DNA from: an uncultured Gemmatimonadales bacterium
Lineage (GTDB): Bacteria; Gemmatimonadota; Gemmatimonadetes; Gemmatimonadales; GWC2-71-9
Length of the DNA stretch: 64,000 bases
Assembly: GCA_963728915.1 (NCBI GenBank)
Contig: CAVSLV010000001.1
Span: 1,440,001 to 1,504,000, forward strand
Direction of reading: 5' to 3'
Shown: positions 47,490 to 56,801 of the stretch, piece after piece
How the letters are laid out: the number at the start of each line of letters is the position of its first letter
Numbering within the stretch: the first letter of the stretch is position 1
The notes under the pieces: model-generated
The model's database searches: none
Seen by the model: the letters and a program-made list of their open reading frames with translations, nothing else
What the model was told of the DNA's origin: nothing
Position numbers and translations under genes: made by a program

Positions 47490-48016
47490 CGGGTGCTCTT
47501 GAGGTACTCCACGTAATCGGGCCGGGTGACCAGCTGGCCGTCCTGCACCACATCCCGATCCCAGGGGAGAATGATGAACTTGTCGGTTTCGAAGGAGTGG
47601 AAATCGGGCGACCAGCTTCCGGTCTTGAACGACACCGCCGTGCGCACCTCGGCGGGCCCCGCCGCTTTGGTCTCGTTCAGGGCAAGACGCATGGTGTGAC
47701 CCGAATCGCAGGTCTCGTCGACCAGAAGCACTCGCCGCCCCCGAACCGTAGGGGGCGGGCCGGTCACCAGGACCGGAAGGGCATCGCCAGCGGTGCGGGT
47801 AACCACCATCGAGGCAAAGTCTCGCTCAAGAATTGCAGCGATCACGACTCCGGGAACGACCCCGGCCTTGGCGATGCCCAGCACGATTTCGGGGTCATAC
47901 TCCCGGGCAACCTTGAGCGCGAGCGCCCGGCACAATTCGCCGAAGAGGGGCCAGTCGATCTCCAGCACCCCACGAGTTGCGGGAGGAATCTTGCGGCGCA
48001 TCGAGCGCTCCGTCAT
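47486..48016 (-). CDS. Type I phosphoribosyltransferase (purine PRT-like)
   Basis: PRPP-binding loop VLLVDETCDSGHT; FIILPW. Confidence 0.85.
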   Translation of the reverse strand: MTERSMRRKIPPATRGVLEIDWPLFGELCRALALKVAREYDPEIVLGIAKAGVVPGVVIAAILERDFASMVVTRTAGDALPVLVTGPPPTVRGRRVLLVDETCDSGHTMRLALNETKAAGPAEVRTAVSFKTGSWSPDFHSFETDKFIILPWDRDVVQDGQLVTRPDYVEYLKSTR

Positions 48017-48157
48017 GCCGGGGAATGGGACTCTGGCCCAAGGTAAACACCGGAAGCCGGTGGGAGCAAATGCGTTGCCTCACCCAGTGGGGCGGCTTAA
48101 TTTACGACAACACGTCCTGCGGCTGGGAGGATTCCCCACGTTAACGCGCCCGTCTCG

Positions 48158-48613
48158 ATGACCTTCTGGCAACGACTCCGGGGCGCACTGTTTTCCACAC
48201 CATCCACCGCTCCGAAGCGTCTCGACTACCTCAACGAGGCGCTCGCCCTCGAGCGGCAGGGGGATTACAACTCCGCGATCACGTCCTACCGGCTCGGCCT
48301 TCGCGATAACCCGCGCGATCCGCGAATCCTCCAGAACATGGCGATCGCCTTCACCAAGACCGGCCAGCCCGATGAGGCCATCCGGCATTATCGGCGTGCC
48401 CTCGAGCTGGATCCGACCCTGACCGGCGCCCACTACGGTCTCGCGTTCCTGCTCCTCAAGCGCGGCGAGGACGATGCCGCAGCCCGGCACCTGCGGGCCT
48501 TCCTTGGCCGTCCTCCCCGAGGGGCGGATGCCGATCGCTGGATCCGGCACGCCGAAGCCACCCTGCGGGAGATCGACGAGGGCTACGGGACGGAACCCGC
48601 GGGCTCGATGTGA
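48158..48613 (+). CDS. Tetratricopeptide repeat protein
   Basis: TPR helices (EAIRHYRRALELDP). Confidence 0.85.
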   Translation: MTFWQRLRGALFSTPSTAPKRLDYLNEALALERQGDYNSAITSYRLGLRDNPRDPRILQNMAIAFTKTGQPDEAIRHYRRALELDPTLTGAHYGLAFLLLKRGEDDAAARHLRAFLGRPPRGADADRWIRHAEATLREIDEGYGTEPAGSM

Positions 48614-48981
48614 CCCGCTTCGCGGTCCTGCTCTGTTTCGCGGCCGGGGCGGCAGCCTGCGGCAGTCTCCCCACGACCAGCGAAGGCGTCGCGTTCCTCG
48701 AGATCCAGCCTCCAACAAGCACCACCCTCCACGTCGGTGACACGGTTCAGTTCGCGGCTCGGACGCTCGACGCCTCCGGCAGTCCAGTCGATGTCGCGGT
48801 CACCTGGCGCACCCCCGACACCACCATCACGGTCGAGCCGGCCACCGGAAGAGTGATCGGCCGGTTCACCGGGAGCAGCCGGGTTCAGGCGGTGGTGGGC
48901 GACGAGGAGCTGGTTTCCAATTTCGTGGTCCTGACGATCCAGGCCGCGCCCACCGGAGCTTCTCCGATCCGCACTCCGTGA
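48610..48981 (+). CDS. Lipoprotein with a bacterial Ig-like domain
   Basis: Lipobox AAAC; VGDTVQFAA...VTWRT. Confidence 0.7.
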   Translation: MTRFAVLLCFAAGAAACGSLPTTSEGVAFLEIQPPTSTTLHVGDTVQFAARTLDASGSPVDVAVTWRTPDTTITVEPATGRVIGRFTGSSRVQAVVGDEELVSNFVVLTIQAAPTGASPIRTP

Positions 48982-50777
48982 CCGGTCCCAAAACCCTCAA
49001 CGCGCTGTTCTTCGGGGCGATGGACCGCTTTCGCCAGCGTCCGGTCGCACTGCGGCGCAAGGTGGACGGTCACTGGAGACCGATCAGCATCGCGGAGCTG
49101 CACGACCAGGTGCGCGCGGCGAGCGCGGGATTCCGGGAGCTGGGCATCCGGCCGGGCGACCGGATCGCGCTTCTTTCGGAGAACCGTCCGGAGTGGGCGA
49201 TTACCGACTATGCCTGCCTCACCACGCGGTGCGCCGGCGTGGCGGTCTACCCCACCCTGCCGCCGAAACAGATCGCCTACATCCTCCAGGACTCCGGCGC
49301 CAGCGCGATCTGTCTCTCCACCGCGGCCCAGCTCGCGAAAGTGCAGGAGATTCGGGGGGAGCTGCCCGGCCTCAAACACGTGGTCACGTTCGACAAGGGC
49401 CTCACCGGGACCGGGGTACTCGGATTCGAAGAGCTGCTTGCCCAGGGCCGGGCGGCGATGGATCGCTACCCCGCCTGGCGGGACGAGGCCTTGCGGACCA
49501 CGCCGGACGAGCTCGCCACCCTGATCTACACCTCGGGCACTACCGGCGAGCCCAAGGGAGTCATGCTGACCCACGGCAACATCGCCTCCAACGTGGTCAC
49601 CTCGATGGACATTCTCCCGATCTCCGATCGCGACGAATGCCTCTCGCTCCTGCCCCTGTCGCACATTTTCGAGCGGATGGCGGGCCACTATCTCATGCTC
49701 GCCGCGGGCGTGGTGATCAACTACGCCGAGAGCATGGACCGGGTCCCTCAGAATCTGATCGAGGTGCGGCCCACCATCGCGTGCGCGGTGCCCCGGCTCT
49801 ATGAAAAGATCTACGCTCGCATTCTGGAGGCCGCGAGCAGCGGACCCGGCTTCAAGAAGAAGCTGTTCTTCTGGGCCCGCCGGGTCGGCGCCGAGTGGAC
49901 CGAGCGCACGCTGGGAGGCCGGGCCATTCCGCTCGATCTCAAGTTTGCCCGCGCAATCGCCGATCGGCTGGTGTTCGCCAAGCTGCGCGAGCGGGTGGGC
50001 GGCAGGCTCCGCTACTTCATCTCGGGCGGGGCGCCGCTCTCACCCGAAATCGCCAGGTTCTTCTATGCGGCGGGACTCCAGATCCTCGAGGGCTACGGCC
50101 TCACCGAGACCTCACCGGTCGTTTCGGTCAACACGCCGGAGCACTACAAGATCGGCACGGTGGGGCAGCCGATTCGTGACGTCGCGGTCCGGATCGCGGA
50201 AGACGGAGAGATCCTGGTCCGGGGCCCCAACGTGATGGAGGGGTATTACAACAAGCCGGAAGCCACCCGGGAAGTCCTCGAGCCGGAGGGCTGGTTCCAC
50301 ACCGGCGACATCGGTGAGCTCGACCTCGAAGGGTTTCTCCGGATCACCGACCGCAAGAAGGACTTGATCGTCACCGCGGGCGGGAAGAAGATCGCTCCCC
50401 AGCCGATCGAAGGGATGCTCAAGCTCAACCATTTCATTTCCAACGCGGTGATGCTGGGCGACCGGCGGAAATTCCCGATTGCGCTCCTGGTCCCCAATTT
50501 CGAGCGGCTCGAGCCGTGGGCTCGCGGGGCGGGACTGACCTGGAAGGAGCGGGAGGATCTCGTGAAACTGCCGGCGGTGGAGGAGCATCTCGCCAGCGAA
50601 GCGCGGAAGAGCCTCCGGGACCTGGCCCGCTTCGAGGTCCCCAAGAAGTTCGTGATCCTGCCCAGGGATTTTTCGATCGAAAGTGGAGAGCTGACGCCGA
50701 AGCTCTCGGTCAAACGGAAGGTGGTGGAGAAGAACTACGCGGATCTCATTGAAGCTGCCTACCAGGTGTCCGGGTAA
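48978..50777 (+). CDS. Long-chain fatty acid-CoA ligase
   Basis: YTSGTTGEPKG, EGYGLTETSP, WFHTGDIG, DRKKD. Confidence 0.95.
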   Translation: MTGPKTLNALFFGAMDRFRQRPVALRRKVDGHWRPISIAELHDQVRAASAGFRELGIRPGDRIALLSENRPEWAITDYACLTTRCAGVAVYPTLPPKQIAYILQDSGASAICLSTAAQLAKVQEIRGELPGLKHVVTFDKGLTGTGVLGFEELLAQGRAAMDRYPAWRDEALRTTPDELATLIYTSGTTGEPKGVMLTHGNIASNVVTSMDILPISDRDECLSLLPLSHIFERMAGHYLMLAAGVVINYAESMDRVPQNLIEVRPTIACAVPRLYEKIYARILEAASSGPGFKKKLFFWARRVGAEWTERTLGGRAIPLDLKFARAIADRLVFAKLRERVGGRLRYFISGGAPLSPEIARFFYAAGLQILEGYGLTETSPVVSVNTPEHYKIGTVGQPIRDVAVRIAEDGEILVRGPNVMEGYYNKPEATREVLEPEGWFHTGDIGELDLEGFLRITDRKKDLIVTAGGKKIAPQPIEGMLKLNHFISNAVMLGDRRKFPIALLVPNFERLEPWARGAGLTWKEREDLVKLPAVEEHLASEARKSLRDLARFEVPKKFVILPRDFSIESGELTPKLSVKRKVVEKNYADLIEAAYQVSG

Positions 50778-51102
50778 AGACCTCGACCGCGAGCGAAAAG
50801 GCCCGTTCCTCGCCGGATTGCAGAGCCCCGACCCCCACCACCTGACGGGAAATCTCCTCCCCGCGGTCGTTGCGAATCGAAAGAAGCACCGAGTATTCCC
50901 ACGGCTCACTCCCGGCCGGGTGCCGGATGGTGCCCTCCACCCGGAGGGGTGAAAAACTCGGCAGTGGGCGGACCGCGACGCCGGGGTTGAACCGCAGGTG
51001 GTGCTGGCAGGCCGGGCAGATGACCGCGGTCTCCAGCACCACCGCTCGGCAGTGCGGGCAGATGCGGGAGGCGCCCGCGGTCGCCTGCCGGGTCGTACTC
51101 AT
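50746..51102 (-). CDS. Hypothetical protein with an N-terminal Zn ribbon
   Basis: CPHC...CPAC followed by a beta-rich domain; coupled to the bactofilin gene. Confidence 0.7.
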   Translation of the reverse strand: MSTTRQATAGASRICPHCRAVVLETAVICPACQHHLRFNPGVAVRPLPSFSPLRVEGTIRHPAGSEPWEYSVLLSIRNDRGEEISRQVVGVGALQSGEERAFSLAVEVFTRTPGRQLQ

Positions 51103-51605
51103 GAGGCGGCGCTGCGCTCCACGGTGAGCCCGCCCTTGCCAGCGGCCGCTTTCTCGTCCCAGCCGAACTCCGCCTGGCCTCGCATCTTCGAGCCCGCGGC
51201 CACCGTAAGGGACCCCGCCTTGAGATCACCGTTCAGGACGCCGGACGCGAGCAGCTCGACCCGGGTCGCGCTGTCGATGTTGCCCTCGAGCTCGCCACCG
51301 ATGGTCACGGTCCCGGCCCGTACACCCCCCGTCAGCTTGGCCCCGGCTTCAATGGTGAGATTTCCCTGGACGTGGACATCGCCCTTGAACCGCCCGGCGA
51401 TGCGGACGTGTCCGGCGCCTTCGATCTTTCCTTCGATCGCGAGGCCGGCGGCGACGACGGATTCCTTGGGCTCCTGCATGGGAACTCGCGCGGGCTGATC
51501 ATTGGTCGCGACCGGCTCCGGGCGGTATTCGGGCATCCTGGGGGCGGCTTCGGGCATTGCAGGCGCGTCCTTCCTGGGGGCGGTTTGTTCCTTCCAGATT
51601 GCCAT
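51099..51605 (-). CDS. Bactofilin (polymer-forming cytoskeletal protein)
   Basis: SVVAAGLAIEGKIEGAGHVRIAGRFKGDV... beta-helix repeats. Confidence 0.92.
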   Translation of the reverse strand: MAIWKEQTAPRKDAPAMPEAAPRMPEYRPEPVATNDQPARVPMQEPKESVVAAGLAIEGKIEGAGHVRIAGRFKGDVHVQGNLTIEAGAKLTGGVRAGTVTIGGELEGNIDSATRVELLASGVLNGDLKAGSLTVAAGSKMRGQAEFGWDEKAAAGKGGLTVERSAAS

Positions 51606-51699
51606 GGCCTGATCTTCCTCTCGAGCGTGATGAGCGGGGGGCTTCGCCACCCAAGATACCCGGCGAATGCCGGGGCGGTAATCCTGTGGCGGAATTCGT

Positions 51700-52314
51700 T
51701 CAGCCGGTCGGACGTGTGGTGGGCTTCTGACCTACCCAGCATCCCGCCGTGCGACCCAGAACCTGCACCGTCTCGGGGGGCTCGCCGCCCAGGGCGACGA
51801 TGCGGAGCCCCGGGAGGGTCGCCCGAATTGCATCCGCGATCCAGTCGGGTTGCGGGGCAAATTCCGGTCCAACCACGACGCCCCGCATGCTGGACCGTTT
51901 GAGTACGAGCCGGGCGGCCCGGAGGACACTGGCTTCGAGGGTGTCAGTGGTTCCGGCTGGCGGATTGACCAGGGCCAGGGCGATTCCCGGCAACAGGGCG
52001 TGCAGCTCGGGGGCGAGGCCTCCGACCGATCCGGCCAGCGCGACAAACCCGCCCGGGCCGTGGAGGCCGAGAAACGCCGCGGCGGCCTCGGCGGTCACGG
52101 CATCACCGGTCAAAGCGGTCGGCGTGTCGGCGGGTCCAGGCGCTCCATCGAATGCCGCGATTCCGTCCCTAACCCGCACGACCCGGTCGCACACCGGGCA
52201 GCCGAGGTCCCCGGTGACGACCCGGCGCCCGTCCATCTCGCCGGGGAGCAATACCAGGTACTGCTCCTCGTGGCCGGCGGGACAGATCAGATGATCGGTG
52301 AGCTCGATGAACAA
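51700..52314 (-). CDS. Hypothetical protein with a Trm112-like N-terminus
   Basis: LTDHLICP...GDLGCPVC...VRDGI. Confidence 0.6.
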   Translation of the reverse strand: MFIELTDHLICPAGHEEQYLVLLPGEMDGRRVVTGDLGCPVCDRVVRVRDGIAAFDGAPGPADTPTALTGDAVTAEAAAAFLGLHGPGGFVALAGSVGGLAPELHALLPGIALALVNPPAGTTDTLEASVLRAARLVLKRSSMRGVVVGPEFAPQPDWIADAIRATLPGLRIVALGGEPPETVQVLGRTAGCWVGQKPTTRPTG

Positions 52315-52319
52315 ATTGC

Positions 52320-52353
52320 TGGGGGCGAGGGGTTTGGGGTTAGGGGTTAGGGA
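52320..52353 (+). repeat. G-rich degenerate 7-mer repeat (GGGGTTA-like)
   Basis: gggggcgaggggtttggggttaggggttaggg overlapping the 3' end of the SDR gene. Confidence 0.6.
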
Positions 52354-53068
52354 TTACGTGGGGCTTCGCTGCCCCTGCGGGCTCGAGCCGGAGCCAGTCG
52401 ATGTCGACGTGGGGAGGCCGAGTCGCGATCCAGAGCACCGCATCGGCGACGTCTTCCGGCCGGAGCATCACCGAGCGGTTGGGGAGATCGGGACGGTGGT
52501 CGGGATCGTAGGGGTCCCAGACCGCGGTGTCGGTGGGGCCGGGGCTCAGCAGCGAGCAGAGCACGCCGGTTCCTCGATACTCCTCCCGCAGGACCTCGTG
52601 TAACCCGCGGAGGCCGAACTTGGCGGCGCTGTAGGCCGCGTTGTCGGGAAACGCCCGGTGGTCCGCGATGCTTCCCACGGCGATGAACCGGCCGCCGCGT
52701 CCGGCGCGCATCGCCGGAAGAAACTCATGGGCCAGGAGGAACGCGGACGCGAGGTTGGTGGTGAGCTGCCCGGCAAATTCGTCGGGAGTGGTGTTCTCCA
52801 GAGACTTGAGCAGGAAGGACCCCGTGTTATGAACCACAACATCGGCCGGTCCGAACGCGGATTCCATGGTTCGGCGCAGGCCAGCAACCTCCTCGGGCCG
52901 GGTCAGGTCGCACTTCACATCGAGCCGCTGCTCGCTCTCCGCGGGCGCAAGATTCCGGCTGGCCCGCGCCACCCGGGCCCCGGCCAGCTCGCAGAGGTCG
53001 GCAATCAGAAGACCGATGCCACGGGAGGCTCCCGCAACGAGCACGATCTTCCCATCGAGCTGGATCAT
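52340..53068 (-). CDS. Short-chain dehydrogenase/reductase (candidate sepiapterin reductase)
   Basis: GASRGIG; YSAAK; ATGA coupling to folE. Confidence 0.85.
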   Translation of the reverse strand: MIQLDGKIVLVAGASRGIGLLIADLCELAGARVARASRNLAPAESEQRLDVKCDLTRPEEVAGLRRTMESAFGPADVVVHNTGSFLLKSLENTTPDEFAGQLTTNLASAFLLAHEFLPAMRAGRGGRFIAVGSIADHRAFPDNAAYSAAKFGLRGLHEVLREEYRGTGVLCSLLSPGPTDTAVWDPYDPDHRPDLPNRSVMLRPEDVADAVLWIATRPPHVDIDWLRLEPAGAAKPHVIPNP

Positions 53069-53646
53069 TCGATCGAGCGGTTGCCGTGCACCAGCTGGAG
53101 GAACTCGGCCCGGGTCCTCGCGTCGGTGCGGAAGAGGCCGCGGACCGCGCTGGTCACCGTGCGGGAGTTCTGTTTCTCCACTCCCCGCATCATCATGCAG
53201 AGGTGGGCCGCGTCGACCACCACCCCGACCCCCTGGGGTTTGAGCACTTCCATCACCGCGTCGGCGATCTGATCGGTGAGCCGCTCCTGGATCTGGAGCC
53301 GGCGGGCGAACACCTCCACCAATCTCGGCATCTTGGACAGGCCGAGGAGCCGCCCGTCGGGGATGTAGGCGACGTGGGCCCGGCCGTAGAAGGGGAGCAG
53401 ATGGTGCTCGCAAAGGGAATAGAGCTCGATATCGCGCACCAGGATCATCTCCTCGTGGTGCTCTTCGAACACCCCCTGCCCCACCACCTGCTCCAGGGAC
53501 TGGGTGTAGCCCTTGGTGAAAAACCGGAATGCGTCCACCACTCGGGCCGGGGTACGCTGGAGTCCCTGCCGGTCGGGATCTTCGCCCAGGCCGACGAGGA
53601 ACTCGCGGATCAGGGGCTCGAGGTCAGGTTCCTTCGTATTCGACAT
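53065..53646 (-). CDS. folE: GTP cyclohydrolase I
   Basis: [48 protein letters not shown]. Confidence 0.97.
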   Translation of the reverse strand: MSNTKEPDLEPLIREFLVGLGEDPDRQGLQRTPARVVDAFRFFTKGYTQSLEQVVGQGVFEEHHEEMILVRDIELYSLCEHHLLPFYGRAHVAYIPDGRLLGLSKMPRLVEVFARRLQIQERLTDQIADAVMEVLKPQGVGVVVDAAHLCMMMRGVEKQNSRTVTSAVRGLFRTDARTRAEFLQLVHGNRSIE

Positions 53647-54037
53647 AGTTGCGCGGGGTTTCCCAGAGGCGGAGCCGGCGGAGCTTCCCCGCGGGAATCC
53701 GGGGAGCCAGCTGTTCCCAGCAGTAGCGGGCGATGTTTTCGGCGGAGGGGAGCCGTTCCCGGAACCAGGGGACGTCGAGGTTCAGGTTCTTGTGGTCGAG
53801 ATTCGCGATGATCAGCTCGTCGGCGAGCTGCTTGAGCACGGCGACGTCCACGACGTAGCCGGTGTCGGGGTCGATCTCGCCCTCGACCTGGATATCCAGC
53901 TCGTAGTTGTGGCCGTGGTAGTTGGGGTTGTTACAGGGGCCGAAGGTGGTGCGGTTCCAGTCCTCCGAGCGATTCGGGTTATGGAGCCGATGAGCAGCGT
54001 TGAAATGGATGCGGCGGGCAACAATGCAACGAGACAT
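53624..54037 (-). CDS. 6-pyruvoyl-tetrahydropterin synthase (PTPS-II-like; QueD superfamily)
   Basis: [41 protein letters not shown]. Confidence 0.9.
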   Translation of the reverse strand: MSRCIVARRIHFNAAHRLHNPNRSEDWNRTTFGPCNNPNYHGHNYELDIQVEGEIDPDTGYVVDVAVLKQLADELIIANLDHKNLNLDVPWFRERLPSAENIARYCWEQLAPRIPAGKLRRLRLWETPRNYVEYEGT

Positions 54038-54239
54038 TCAGAAGAATACCCTGTTCCCCAACCCCTGGCCCCTTGCCCCTGGCCTCCAAGAACGAAACGC
54101 CGTTCCGGACCGGAGCGGCGCTAGTGTCGAGTGGCGGCCGGGATGTTTACTAAGCCCGAAGAGGAAATGTGTGGCGCCCTCACCGTGGCGTCTGCCTTCC
54201 CCCGAGGGGCATGGCATCGGCCGTAGTATGCGGGCCCTG

Positions 54240-54329
54240 CTCCGGACTGTTGGGTCAGTAACGTGTCTCCCGACCGTCACCCGACTTGGCTAAGTTAGGA
54301 CGCACCGCAACTTCCGTCAACAGCCGGAG
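54240..54329 (+). ncRNA. Possible structured RNA or 5' leader
   Basis: CTCCGGACTGTTG pairs with CAACAGCCGGAG; inner hairpin GACTTGGCTAAGTT; TAGTAT just upstream. Confidence 0.25.
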
Positions 54330-54339
54330 ACGCGTCACG

Positions 54340-54498
54340 ATGGTTTCGCTGCTCATTGCAATCGCGAGTTTTCTGCTGTGGGTCGTTCTGGTGTTCGTTC
54401 GTCCTATCGGGCTTGGCATCGTCCACATCCTGTGGGGTCTTACCGCAGTGCTGATCATCCGGTGGTGGGCCCTTCGCGAACCGGCGAAGAGCGAGTAA
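54340..54498 (+). CDS. Small two-TM membrane protein (lmo0937/DUF5670-like)
   Basis: 52 aa MVSLLIAIASFLLWVVLVF...GIVHILW...IRWW. Confidence 0.6.
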   Translation: MVSLLIAIASFLLWVVLVFVRPIGLGIVHILWGLTAVLIIRWWALREPAKSE

Positions 54499-54538
54499 GA
54501 AACCGGGGATTGCAGCAGTTGCTCAGCCCGCCGAGAGT

Positions 54539-54573
54539 TTGACTCTCCCGTTTCAGCGATGTATATACATCGC
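54539..54573 (+). promoter_or_regulatory. Sigma70 promoter (TTGACT-N17-TATATA) overlapped by a perfect 18-bp operator GCGATGTATATACATCGC
   Basis: -35 at 54539-54544; -10 at 54562-54567; palindrome 54556-54573 abuts ATG 54574. Confidence 0.8.
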
Positions 54574-54834
54574 ATGGTACGAACCCAACTCTATCTGGAT
54601 GACGAGCTGCATCGTCAGCTCGGTGAGCTGGCACGCCGGCAGGGCCGCACGGTATCCGAGCTCGTCCGTGAGGCCCTCAGCCAGGTGTACGGATCGGCTG
54701 ACATCGAACGCCGGATCGCGAGCTTGGGAGGAATTGCCGGCTTATGGCGAAAGCGCACCGATCTCGGACCCACTCCCGCATACGTGAGAAAGCTCCGCAA
54801 GGGTACCCGGAGAAAAAACCTGCCCTCGACCTGA
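54574..54834 (+). CDS. vapB: CopG/RHH antitoxin
   Basis: MVRTQLYLDDE...RTVSELVREAL. Confidence 0.85.
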   Translation: MVRTQLYLDDELHRQLGELARRQGRTVSELVREALSQVYGSADIERRIASLGGIAGLWRKRTDLGPTPAYVRKLRKGTRRKNLPST

Positions 54835-55211
54835 CCGGTGTGCTCTACGACTCCGATGTGATCATCGAGATTCTGCGGGGCCGGACTGGTGTCGTCGCGG
54901 GCGCCCGGAAGCTCGAGACGAGCGGGGTTTCGACCTACTGCACCCCCGTGTCGTATGCGGAGATCTTCGCAGGCATTCGATCGGGAGAGGAACCCTATGC
55001 GGAGGCCTTCTTCGAGTCTCGGACCGATACCGGGCTGGATGCGCGGGTGGGCCGGCAAGCCGGGACCTATCTGGCACGCTACGCCCGCTCGCACGGAGTC
55101 GAGCTGGGCGATGCGCTGATCGCCGCGGCGGCCATGACCTTCGGTCTCCGGCTCTGGACCCTCAATCGGAAACACTATCCGATGTCGGGGATCCGTTTCT
55201 ACAAAGGGTGA
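54831..55211 (+). CDS. vapC: PIN-domain toxin (start CTG 54831 or GTG 54840)
   Basis: LYDSDVII, YAEIFAG, GDALIAAAA, WTLNRKHYP. Confidence 0.9.
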   Translation: MTGVLYDSDVIIEILRGRTGVVAGARKLETSGVSTYCTPVSYAEIFAGIRSGEEPYAEAFFESRTDTGLDARVGRQAGTYLARYARSHGVELGDALIAAAAMTFGLRLWTLNRKHYPMSGIRFYKG

Positions 55212-56801
55212 TCATCGGCCCACCGTCACCCCGGCGACCAGGCCCAGCCCCGATCGCGAGCCGACCGGCCGGGTATAGGGAGCGACGGCAGGGTCGGTCG
55301 GGCTCAGTCCCTCGACTCGCCCCGATATCCAGAGCTCGCTGCGCCCCGAAACCCGATAGCGGACCAGGGCAGAAAGGGCGAAGACCCTGGCGCGAGTGGC
55401 GTACACCGCATATTCCGGGACGACATACCCACGATACGTCGTGTTGAGGGAGCCCGGTGTCGGGAGGGTGCTGGTCGGTCCGTAATGGGCGACAGTGCCG
55501 CCCAGCGCGAACGCCCACCGCTCTCCCAGCGGTCTCCCCAGTTCCACGGCGAGGGAGGGAGTGAAGCTGGTGACGATGGTCCCGATCCGGGTGATCGAAT
55601 CGCTCCGGGTTCGGGATTCCCGGCTGAGCCCCAGCGCGACACTTCCTTCCCATGACCCGGGAGTCGGCACCAGCCGGAGCTCCGCCGAGGAGAAGAACCC
55701 GGACTCCCGCGCGGTGAAGACGAACCCGGTCGTGTCGGTCGCGAGGGCGCCTTCGCCCCCCATGGCCACATAACCCGCCCGGACCGTGAGGAGCCGGCGC
55801 GCTCCCAGCGGTGTCTGCCAGGCGGCCCGGAGGTCCCAGGCGCGCTGATCCCAGCGATCCCAGTCCGGATCGTTGCGCTGCTGCCGGGTGAGCCGCTCCC
55901 GGGTGGTGGACCGGATCCCGGCGATCACCCAGCGGCCCGATCCCAATCGTCCCTCGATCGACCCTCCGGCGCCGAGCACCCGCTGCTCCCGCCGTCGCGC
56001 GTCGGTCCCGGTCGGATTCACCGGAATCCCGGACACCTTCCGATATCCGGCGAGGTCCTGGGCCAGCGTGGTCCCGGTCCGTCCCAGGAGCAACGCCGAT
56101 TCCACGGTGTGCCGTCCAGTGCCGAAAAGCCCGAGCAGCAGGGAACCGGTCCGCCGGGTCAGGCCGGCGGTTGCGGCCGGCTGCACCAGGCGGGTCCGCC
56201 GCACCACCGGTGACACGGTGGACTGGTACTCATCGGTCGCATAACCCGCGGTGAGCCCCGCGCCCCACCCGCCGAGCTGCCACCCGGCGCCTCCCTCCAG
56301 CACCGCGCGAATCCTGCGCATCGGAGAGGCCAGCGTGTCGGAGAGGGTGAAGGGACTCGAGCCGTAGGGATCGGCAAAATCGGCGCGGGCCGAGTCGGTC
56401 CCGTTCTGCTCGAGTTTGACTGCGCCGATCAGCGAGAACCGCGGCGAAACCGCCCGCCAAGCCTGGACCCGCCCTTGAGCCTGATGGGCCGACTCGGGAT
56501 CCAGCGGACGCCGGTAGGTCCCCGACTGCCGGGACACAGTCGCGTAGTAATCGGCCCGCCCGTCGCGAACGTCCCGCGCCAGCGCGCCGGGATTACCGCC
56601 GGTCCAGAAGGTCCCGATGCGAGGCGTGCCGTAAAGCAGAGGGACTGCGGCGCTCGCTCCGGGAAGCCTCCGGGAAAGATCCGCGCTGCGGAGCGGACTC
56701 CACCGAACCGCCCACTCGGGAAGCGCACCGCCTGGATCGGGGGCTTGGGCGGCAAGCAGGGCCGGTGCGGCCACCAACCCGCAGAGAACCAGAGCCCTCA
56801 T
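55212..56801 (-). CDS. Outer-membrane beta-barrel protein (DUF6850-like)
   Basis: Signal peptide; GNPGAL; GTYRRPLDP; DPYGSSPF; beta-strand periodicity; coupled to the TBDR; family name recalled, not searched. Confidence 0.65.
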   Translation of the reverse strand: MRALVLCGLVAAPALLAAQAPDPGGALPEWAVRWSPLRSADLSRRLPGASAAVPLLYGTPRIGTFWTGGNPGALARDVRDGRADYYATVSRQSGTYRRPLDPESAHQAQGRVQAWRAVSPRFSLIGAVKLEQNGTDSARADFADPYGSSPFTLSDTLASPMRRIRAVLEGGAGWQLGGWGAGLTAGYATDEYQSTVSPVVRRTRLVQPAATAGLTRRTGSLLLGLFGTGRHTVESALLLGRTGTTLAQDLAGYRKVSGIPVNPTGTDARRREQRVLGAGGSIEGRLGSGRWVIAGIRSTTRERLTRQQRNDPDWDRWDQRAWDLRAAWQTPLGARRLLTVRAGYVAMGGEGALATDTTGFVFTARESGFFSSAELRLVPTPGSWEGSVALGLSRESRTRSDSITRIGTIVTSFTPSLAVELGRPLGERWAFALGGTVAHYGPTSTLPTPGSLNTTYRGYVVPEYAVYATRARVFALSALVRYRVSGRSELWISGRVEGLSPTDPAVAPYTRPVGSRSGLGLVAGVTVGR

